Of a stretch of DNA of 64,000 nucleotides, positions 57,572-64,000 are shown piece by piece. Position numbers and translations under genes: made by a program. Below the pieces are notes generated by a model. It was given only the letters and a program-made list of their open reading frames with translations. It ran no database searches and was not told the DNA's origin. Source of the stretch: Eubacteriales bacterium (GTDB taxonomy: Bacteria; Bacillota; Clostridia; Oscillospirales; RGIG5299); NCBI GenBank assembly GCA_045588575.1, contig JAZNEJ010000018.1:16257-80256 (forward strand). Reading direction: 5' to 3'. Numbering within the stretch: position 1 is the stretch's first letter; each line of letters begins with the position of its first letter.

Positions 57572-58510
57572 ATGTTTGATTTTTTTGACATGCATTGCGA
57601 TACCGCAACTGAGATTTTTAATAATAAAGCGGAGCTTTTAACAAATAACCTTAATATATCGCTTGATAAGAGCGACGAGATTGCAAAATACGTTCAAACC
57701 TTTGCTTTTTGGACGAAAAACGACGAAGACGTTACCGTAAACAGATTTAACGCTTTCACCGAATGTTACTCCTATTTTATGAAGCAGTGCATTAAGAACT
57801 CGGAACGCGTAATGATTATTTCCGATAAGGACGATTTGAAAAAATCAACCGATAACAATAAACGCGGAATAATTCTTGCCATTGAGGGCGGCGGAGTAAT
57901 AGAGGGTAAAATAGAAAGACTTGAAAAGCTCAGAAAAAACGGCATAAAGCTTTTAACTGTTACTTGGAATTTAAAAAATGAGCTTTCGGGCGGAATACTT
58001 GACGAGGTCGAAAGCGGTATGACGGAAACCGGTAAGGAAGCAGTTTCGGAAATGGAGCGGCTCGGAATAATTCCGGACGTTTCACATATATCCGATAAAG
58101 GTTTTGAAGATATGTGTGCTATTGCTAAAAAGCCCTTTGTTGCAACGCATTCAAATTCCAGAAGCGAATGCAAGCATAAAAGAAACCTCACAGACGATAT
58201 GTTTAAGGAAATCGTTAAAAGAGGCGGAATAGTAGGAATTAATCTTTACGCCAAATTCCTTAACGACAGTGAAATAGCGGACGATAAAGATATAGTCCGT
58301 CATATAGACCGTTTTTTGAAGCTTGGCGGCGAAGATACCGTTGTTTTCGGAACCGATTTCGACGGTGTTGACAATAAACTTCCCAAAGGCATAAAAACAC
58401 TTAAAGACGTTAACAAACTGGTAACGTTATTGATGGGAAATTACGGCAAGGAAACAGCCGAAAAAATACTTTATAAAAATGCATATAGCTTTTTTGAAAA
58501 ACAACTGTAA
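57572..58510 (+). CDS. Dipeptidase (peptidase M19 family)
   Basis: 312 aa with DMHCDT, PDVSHISDKGF, ATHSNSR and GTDFDG motifs. Confidence 0.85.
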   Translation: MFDFFDMHCDTATEIFNNKAELLTNNLNISLDKSDEIAKYVQTFAFWTKNDEDVTVNRFNAFTECYSYFMKQCIKNSERVMIISDKDDLKKSTDNNKRGIILAIEGGGVIEGKIERLEKLRKNGIKLLTVTWNLKNELSGGILDEVESGMTETGKEAVSEMERLGIIPDVSHISDKGFEDMCAIAKKPFVATHSNSRSECKHKRNLTDDMFKEIVKRGGIVGINLYAKFLNDSEIADDKDIVRHIDRFLKLGGEDTVVFGTDFDGVDNKLPKGIKTLKDVNKLVTLLMGNYGKETAEKILYKNAYSFFEKQL

Positions 58511-58522
58511 GGAGCGGTCAAA

Positions 58523-59992
58523 ATGTTTATAAGTACAAGAGGAAATCCCGAAAAACTCACAGCATCTCAAGCAATTCTTAAAGGTATAGCGGAAGACGGA
58601 GGTCTTTACATACCCACCGAGTTTTCGAAATTCTCCAAACTCGACATTTCAAATCTTTGCGATTTGGATTACAAAGGAAGAGCAAAGTATATTTTAAAGG
58701 AGCTTTTGGACGATTTTACGGAAGATGAAATATCCGATTGCGTTGAAAAAGCCTACGGAAACAATAAATTTCCCAAAGAAGTTGCTCCTTTAAAGCCCGT
58801 TGACGATAATTTATGGTCGTTAGAGCTTTGGCACGGTCCTACCTGCGCATTTAAAGATATGGCGTTGCAGATATTGCCGCATCTTATGACCGTTGCAATG
58901 AAGAAAAACAATATAAATAAAAAAATTCTGATTATTGCCGCAACCAGCGGAGATACCGGTAAAGCGGCTTTGGAGGGTTTTAAAGACGTTGAAAATACTC
59001 ACGTTATAACTTTCTTCCCCGAAGAAGGCGTAAGCAAGGTTCAAAAGCTTCAAATGACCACTCAAGAGGGAAATAACGTAGACGTTTACGGCGTATATGG
59101 AAACTTCGATATGGTTCAAGGCGAAGTAAAGGTTGCTTTAACAAATCAGGAAACCATAGATGAAATTGATAAGAAGGGTTACAGATTCTCATCTGCAAAC
59201 TCTATAAACTGGGGTAGACTTGCTCCGCAGGTTGTTTACTATTTCTCTGCATATTGCGACCTTGTAAACGCAGGATTTATAAGCATTGGCGATAAAGTTG
59301 ATTTTTGCGTTCCCACGGGAAACTTCGGTAATATTTTAGCAGGTTATTACGCAAGCAAGATGGGACTTCCCGTAAACAAGCTTATATGTGCATCTAACTC
59401 GAATAATATATTAACCGAGTTTATTGAAACCGGTAAATATTCAAGAGCAAGAGTATTTAAAATAACAATCAGTCCCTCAATGGATATTTTAATTTCCAGC
59501 AACTTGGAACGTCTCCTTTACGAGCTTTTGGATGGCGATGCCGAAACTCTCGTTAAACACGTTGCGGATATTCGCAAAAAGAGCGATTACAGCATTACCG
59601 AAGCAGAAACTAAAAAGCTTCAGGAAATGTTTATGGGCGAATGCATGGACGACGAAGAAACTATGGCAGAGATAAAAAGAAGATATGAAAAAGGCTATCT
59701 TTGCGACCCGCACACTGCCGTTGCAATGGGCGTTTACGAAAAGATAGGCAATAAAGATATCCCCACCGTTATTGTTTCAACTGCAGACCCCTATAAGTTT
59801 AATGCTCCGGTATTAAAAGCAATAGGAGCTCCTGTTGAAGATAATATGAACGAATTCCAGCTTATTGAGCTTATGGAAAAAGTTACACACGTAAAGCCGC
59901 CCAAACAGATTGCAGAACTTAGCGAAAAAGAAGTTCGCTTCAGCGAAAAAATCTTGGGTTCCGGCATAAGAAAGATGGTTGCGAACGTTTAA
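58523..59992 (+). CDS. thrC: Threonine synthase
   Basis: 489 aa, long-form ThrC. FISTRG and the PLP-Lys motif HGPTCAFKDMA. Confidence 0.93.
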   Translation: MFISTRGNPEKLTASQAILKGIAEDGGLYIPTEFSKFSKLDISNLCDLDYKGRAKYILKELLDDFTEDEISDCVEKAYGNNKFPKEVAPLKPVDDNLWSLELWHGPTCAFKDMALQILPHLMTVAMKKNNINKKILIIAATSGDTGKAALEGFKDVENTHVITFFPEEGVSKVQKLQMTTQEGNNVDVYGVYGNFDMVQGEVKVALTNQETIDEIDKKGYRFSSANSINWGRLAPQVVYYFSAYCDLVNAGFISIGDKVDFCVPTGNFGNILAGYYASKMGLPVNKLICASNSNNILTEFIETGKYSRARVFKITISPSMDILISSNLERLLYELLDGDAETLVKHVADIRKKSDYSITEAETKKLQEMFMGECMDDEETMAEIKRRYEKGYLCDPHTAVAMGVYEKIGNKDIPTVIVSTADPYKFNAPVLKAIGAPVEDNMNEFQLIELMEKVTHVKPPKQIAELSEKEVRFSEKILGSGIRKMVANV

Positions 59993-60005
59993 TATGTAGC
60001 CGAGC

Positions 60006-60034
60006 AAAAGCCCGACGTTGTTACTCGGGCTTTT
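60006..60034. terminator. Bidirectional intrinsic terminator
   Basis: AAAAGCCCGA-9 nt-TCGGGCTTTT lies between convergent thrC and the small minus-strand gene, whose stop codon it overlaps. Confidence 0.75.
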
Positions 60035-60194
60035 CTTCAAAAGTGCCGCATTCCGTTTGATGACAGTTGCAGGCTTCTTTAGGACCAACTTTAACTACGC
60101 TTGCACAGCATTTGTTATCATCACAGTGATAAACGCAATTGGTAACCTCGCAACAAATTTTACTTTCTTTAGACATTTCTTTGAAATTATTCAT
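60021..60194 (-). CDS. Small Cys-rich DUF1540-like protein (57 aa)
   Basis: Not in the ORF track because it is under 60 aa. My translation is MNNFKEMSKESKICCEVTNCVYHCDDNKCCASVVKVGPKEACNCHQTECGTFEEKPE. RBS GAGGA lies 8 nt upstream. The Cys pattern resembles DUF1540. Confidence 0.7.
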   Translation of the reverse strand: MNNFKEMSKESKICCEVTNCVYHCDDNKCCASVVKVGPKEACNCHQTECGTFEEKPE

Positions 60195-60288
60195 AATAAA
60201 TCCTCACTGAAAAATATTTCGGCTAAATTACCGCAAAAATAATATGCCCGAAAATAAAACAAAAATACGCAAAACAAAGGAGCAAAAA

Positions 60289-60993
60289 ATGGCAACATAT
60301 ATTATCGGCGATTTGCATTTATCCACGTCAACCGATAAACCGATGGACATTTTTGCCGGTTGGGAAAATCACACCGAGCTTTTAAAAGAAAACTGGGAAA
60401 ATCAAGTAAAAGATGAGGATACTGTTATAGTTGCGGGAGATATATCGTGGGCAATGACGCTTGAAGAAGCAATTCCCGACCTTGAATGGATAAACAACCT
60501 AAAAGGTAAAAAAATCCTTATGAAAGGTAATCACGATTACTGGTGGCAAAGCAAAAAGAAGCTTGATGATATTATAAAGGAAAAAAACTTTACAACAATT
60601 TCATTCCTTTTTAATAACGCTTTTGAAACAGATGAGCTTATCGTTACAGGAACGAGAGGTTGGCAAATAGTAGGCGACACTAAAAGCGAAGAAGATAAAA
60701 AGATAATGAACAGAGAGGCGGGCAGATTTAAGCTTTCACTCGATGCCGCCAAAAAACTTTCGGGTTATAACTTGAAGAAACAAATTGCGGTATTCCATTA
60801 TCCGCCTATTTATAACCAGTTTATTTTTGAAGGTCTTTTTGATTTAATGCTTCGGGAAAATATTTCAAGCTGTTATTTTGGACATTTGCACGGCAAAATT
60901 GACGCTTCGGCGGCAAAAACAATGAAATATAACATAGAATGTAAATTAATTTCGGCAGATTATTTGAAATTTTCGCCATTAAAGTTGACATAA
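60289..60993 (+). CDS. Metallophosphoesterase (calcineurin-like)
   Basis: I prefer the ATG at 60289 (MATYIIGDLHLS) with AAAGGAG upstream. Motifs GDIS, GNHDYW and GHLH. Confidence 0.8.
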   Translation: MATYIIGDLHLSTSTDKPMDIFAGWENHTELLKENWENQVKDEDTVIVAGDISWAMTLEEAIPDLEWINNLKGKKILMKGNHDYWWQSKKKLDDIIKEKNFTTISFLFNNAFETDELIVTGTRGWQIVGDTKSEEDKKIMNREAGRFKLSLDAAKKLSGYNLKKQIAVFHYPPIYNQFIFEGLFDLMLRENISSCYFGHLHGKIDASAAKTMKYNIECKLISADYLKFSPLKLT

Positions 60994-61044
60994 AGAAAAA
61001 AATAAGTATAATTATAATGATACATTATTGGAGGTCTAAATATA

Positions 61045-62424
61045 ATGAAATTGGTAGAAACAAAAAAACTCGAAAAAAATACGGTATCTCTCGAGATAAC
61101 AGTAACAGCAGAAGAGTTTGAAGCAGCTTGCGCAAACAGCTACAAGAAAAACGTTGGCAAAATGAAAGTAAACGGCTTCAGACCCGGTAAAGCTCCCCGT
61201 CATATTATTGAGAAGCTTTACGGCCCCGAAATCTTCTTCGAAGATGCAGTAGATGCAACTTGCTACATGGCATTTTCCGAAGCAGTAAACGAAGCAGGTC
61301 TTGACGTTATTGACCGTCCCGAAATTGAGATTAAAGATAAAGTAACAAAAGAAGGCTACACCTTTATTGCAAAGGTATTGGTAAAGCCCGTTGCTGAACT
61401 TGGCGAATACAAAGGTTTAAAGGTTGAAAAGCTCGTTGCAACCGTAACCGATGATGACGTTGCAAACGAACTCAAAAAATATCAGAATAAATATTCCAGA
61501 CTCGTTCCCGTAACCGACAGAGCAAGTGCTGAAGGTGATACCGTTGTTATCGACTACGAAGGCTTTACCGATGGCGTTGCTTTTGAAGGCGGAAAAGACG
61601 AGAACCATAACTTGAAGCTTGGTTCCGGCCAGTTTATTCCCGGCTTTGAAGACCAGCTTATCGGCAAAAATGCAGGAGATGACGTTGACGTTAACGTAAA
61701 ATTCCCCGATGAGTATCATTCCGAAGAGTTAAAGGGTAAGGATGCAACCTTCAAAGTAAAGGTTAAGGAAATTAAAACCACCGAGCTTCCTGAGTTAAAC
61801 GATGAATTTGTAAAAGATATTTCCGAATTCGATACTCTTGATGCTTTCAAAGCAGACATTAAAGAGAAATTGCAGAAAGCACGTGATGAAGAATCCGAAA
61901 ACTTTATGATAGATAGCCTCGTTGCACAGCTTGTTGAAGGCATGAAGGTTGAAATTCCCGAAGTTATGTTTGAAAACGAATTAAACAACATAATGAGCGA
62001 TTACGACCAGCGTCTTCGTCAGCAGGGAATGGATTTAGCATCTTATATGAGCTATCTTGGCCAGAGCGCAGACGATTTCAAAACAATGTTCAGACCTCAG
62101 GCTGAAGCGAGAGTAAGAAGCCGTCTTGCACTTGAAGCGGTTGCAATAAATGAAAAAATTGCTGCATCTGCCGAAGAAATTGCAGACGAATACAAGAGAC
62201 TTGCAGACATTTACAAGGTTGAAGAAGAAACCGTAAAAATGTATATTCCCGAACAGGAATTAATTAAAGACCTTGCTGTAACAAAAGCTCTTGAGTTCAT
62301 TAAAGTAAATGCAGTAGTTACCGAAAAATCGGCAAACGAAAAAGCAAAGAAAGCCCCTGCAAAGAAAAAGACTGCTACCAAAAAGGCAGAAACTGCCGAA
62401 AAAGCAGAAGAAAAAGCCGAATAA
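61045..62424 (+). CDS. tig: Trigger factor
   Basis: 459 aa with the ribosome-binding motif GFRPGKAP, a central FKBP PPIase domain (FIPGFEDQLIG) and a Lys/Ala/Glu-rich C-terminal tail. Confidence 0.95.
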   Translation: MKLVETKKLEKNTVSLEITVTAEEFEAACANSYKKNVGKMKVNGFRPGKAPRHIIEKLYGPEIFFEDAVDATCYMAFSEAVNEAGLDVIDRPEIEIKDKVTKEGYTFIAKVLVKPVAELGEYKGLKVEKLVATVTDDDVANELKKYQNKYSRLVPVTDRASAEGDTVVIDYEGFTDGVAFEGGKDENHNLKLGSGQFIPGFEDQLIGKNAGDDVDVNVKFPDEYHSEELKGKDATFKVKVKEIKTTELPELNDEFVKDISEFDTLDAFKADIKEKLQKARDEESENFMIDSLVAQLVEGMKVEIPEVMFENELNNIMSDYDQRLRQQGMDLASYMSYLGQSADDFKTMFRPQAEARVRSRLALEAVAINEKIAASAEEIADEYKRLADIYKVEEETVKMYIPEQELIKDLAVTKALEFIKVNAVVTEKSANEKAKKAPAKKKTATKKAETAEKAEEKAE

Positions 62425-62481
62425 TAAAATAACGGAATAAAAAAACGGGGTAATGACAATAATTGTTGAGAGGTGTTAGTA

Positions 62482-63063
62482 ATGAGTTTAGTGCCAATGG
62501 TAATTGAACAAACAAATAGAGGCGAGAGGTCTTACGATATTTATTCAAGACTTTTGAATGACAGAATAGTAATACTCTCAGAAGAAGTAAACGATGTTAC
62601 TGCAAGTCTTATAGTATCACAGCTTCTTTACCTCGAATCGGTAGACCCTGAAAAAGATATAAGCTTTTATATTAACAGTCCCGGCGGTTCGGTATCGGCA
62701 GGTTTTGCTATTTACGATACTATGAACTACATTAAGTGCGATGTTTCAACAATATGTATAGGTATGGCGGCAAGCATGGGAGCGTTTTTGCTTTCATCGG
62801 GCGCAAAAGGCAAAAGATTTGCCTTGCCTAACAGTGAAATTATGATTCATCAGCCCTTGGGCGGAATGCAGGGACAGGCAAGCGATATTAAAATCCATGC
62901 CGACCACATTTTAAGAACCCGCGAAAAGCTTAATAAAATTCTTGCGGAAAATACAGGAAAAGCTATTGATGTAATAGAAAAAGATACTGAACGCGATAAC
63001 TTTATGTCTGCCGCAGAAGCTGCATCATACGGACTTATAGATAAGGTTATTGAAAAAAGATAA
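62482..63063 (+). CDS. clpP: ATP-dependent Clp protease proteolytic subunit
   Basis: I prefer the ATG at 62482 ([25 protein letters not shown]). Catalytic Ser in GMAASMGA and His in MIHQP. Confidence 0.97.
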   Translation: MSLVPMVIEQTNRGERSYDIYSRLLNDRIVILSEEVNDVTASLIVSQLLYLESVDPEKDISFYINSPGGSVSAGFAIYDTMNYIKCDVSTICIGMAASMGAFLLSSGAKGKRFALPNSEIMIHQPLGGMQGQASDIKIHADHILRTREKLNKILAENTGKAIDVIEKDTERDNFMSAAEAASYGLIDKVIEKR

Positions 63064-63069
63064 CGAGAA

Positions 63070-63097
63070 CAAAGCAGGCAAAACGCCTGCTTTGTTT
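63070..63097 (+). terminator. Hairpin between clpP and clpX (partial terminator/attenuator)
   Basis: CAAAGCAGGC-aaaac-GCCTGCTTTG followed by only TTTG, a weak U-tract that probably allows read-through into clpX. Confidence 0.4.
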
Positions 63098-63117
63098 GTA
63101 AAGGAAACGGTGATATA

Positions 63118-64000
63118 ATGGAAAAAAACAAAAAAGATAATATTGCTTGTTCTGTTTGCGGTGCAACTCAAGACAGCGGCGTGTTTTTTATGTATTACAA
63201 CGGTATCTATATCTGTCAGGACTGCTTAAACAAGCAAGGAATATACGATACAGAGGATATGGAGCTTATTGCCGAAGAAAATATGCCTGTTAACAATCCC
63301 AAAAAAGTAATTGAGCTTAAAAGACCGAAAGAAATAAAGGAAATTCTCGATAGCTACGTTATCGGTCAGGATGAAGCTAAAAAAGCCCTTTCCGTTGCAG
63401 TTTACAATCATTATCGAAGAATTAACTCGCTTGACGACGGTGAAGACGTAGAGCTTCAGAAAAGTAACGTGCTTTTATTAGGCCCTTCGGGTTGTGGAAA
63501 AACTTTAATGGCGCAGGTGCTTGCAAAATCGTTAAACGTTCCTTTTGCAATAGCTGATGCTACAACCTTAACCGAAGCAGGCTATGTAGGCGAAGACGTT
63601 GAGAATATCCTCCTTCGTTTAATTCAGGCCGCAGATTATGATATTAAGCGAGCTGAACACGGAATTATTTACGTTGACGAAATTGATAAAATCGCCCGTA
63701 AAAGCGAAAATCCCTCGATTACAAGAGATGTAAGCGGCGAAGGCGTTCAGCAGGCACTTCTTAAAATATTGGAAGGCACTGAAGCAAACGTTCCCCCTCA
63801 AGGTGGAAGAAAGCATCCTCAGCAGGAATTTATAAAGCTTAACACTAAAAATATTTTGTTTATTTGCGGCGGCGCTTTCGACGGTATTGAAAAGATTATT
63901 GAAAAAAGAAGCGTAAAATCTTCAATGGGATTCAATTCTGATTTAAGTGTTAAAAAAGCAGAAAAAGAAGACTGTTATTCAAAGGTTTTACCCAGAGATT
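63118..64000 (+). CDS. clpX: ATP-dependent Clp protease ATP-binding subunit ClpX, partial (C-terminus beyond window)
   Basis: Open frame from the ATG at 63118 to the window end. Zn-finger CSVCG...CQDC, Walker A GPSGCGKT and Walker [10 protein letters not shown]. Confidence 0.95.
   Translation, partial: MEKNKKDNIACSVCGATQDSGVFFMYYNGIYICQDCLNKQGIYDTEDMELIAEENMPVNNPKKVIELKRPKEIKEILDSYVIGQDEAKKALSVAVYNHYRRINSLDDGEDVELQKSNVLLLGPSGCGKTLMAQVLAKSLNVPFAIADATTLTEAGYVGEDVENILLRLIQAADYDIKRAEHGIIYVDEIDKIARKSENPSITRDVSGEGVQQALLKILEGTEANVPPQGGRKHPQQEFIKLNTKNILFICGGAFDGIEKIIEKRSVKSSMGFNSDLSVKKAEKEDCYSKVLPRD

Noticed and set aside
62330-62424. Lys/Ala/Glu-rich C-terminal tail of trigger factor, and the ~115-aa Glu/Lys-rich N-terminal extension of signal peptidase I (54863-55200).
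   Set aside because: These are low-complexity charged extensions of otherwise canonical proteins. They are common lineage-specific decorations, and nothing in the sequence suggests a distinct function.

Overview
64-kb core-chromosome segment of a low-GC, endospore-forming anaerobic Firmicute. The gene content is Clostridia-like: rnfCDGEAB, an electron-bifurcating-type [FeFe]-hydrogenase, spoIVA, yunB, a YlmC/YmxH-family gene and a type III glutamine synthetase. I call 66 protein-coding genes. Two are cut by the window edges, one lies below the ORF-track size cut-off, and about a dozen have starts trimmed relative to the track. I also call one tRNA-Pro(GGG), an M-box-like leader before mgtE, a terminator/antiterminator leader before a CDF metal exporter, and a set of sigma-A-type promoters and intrinsic terminators found by eye. 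I saw no transposase, integrase, phage, CRISPR or rRNA sequence, so this is not an obvious accessory island. The most interesting locus is the ten-gene hydrogenase operon (30743-39005, minus strand). In it, hydC (nuoE-like) is separated from hydB/hydA by a translationally coupled six-gene cassette: DRTGG, HATPase, HydS-like sensory [FeFe]-hydrogenase, DRTGG, PHP, HATPase. The cassette encodes no DNA-binding or receiver-domain output. Directly upstream lies a roughly 295-nt non-coding unit (39168-39497, minus). It has a perfect TTGACA-17-TGnTATAAT promoter, three copies of a GGGTGAGTCCAA(TGCA) motif and a strong intrinsic terminator, and I cannot assign it to any RNA family I recognise. Other points are an RNase HII-YraN gene fusion, a SipL-like DUF3794/LysM gene immediately upstream of spoIVA, a DUF4015 gene appended to the rnf operon, and an orphan pduL. 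All functional calls come from reading the translations and motifs by eye; no database search was run.
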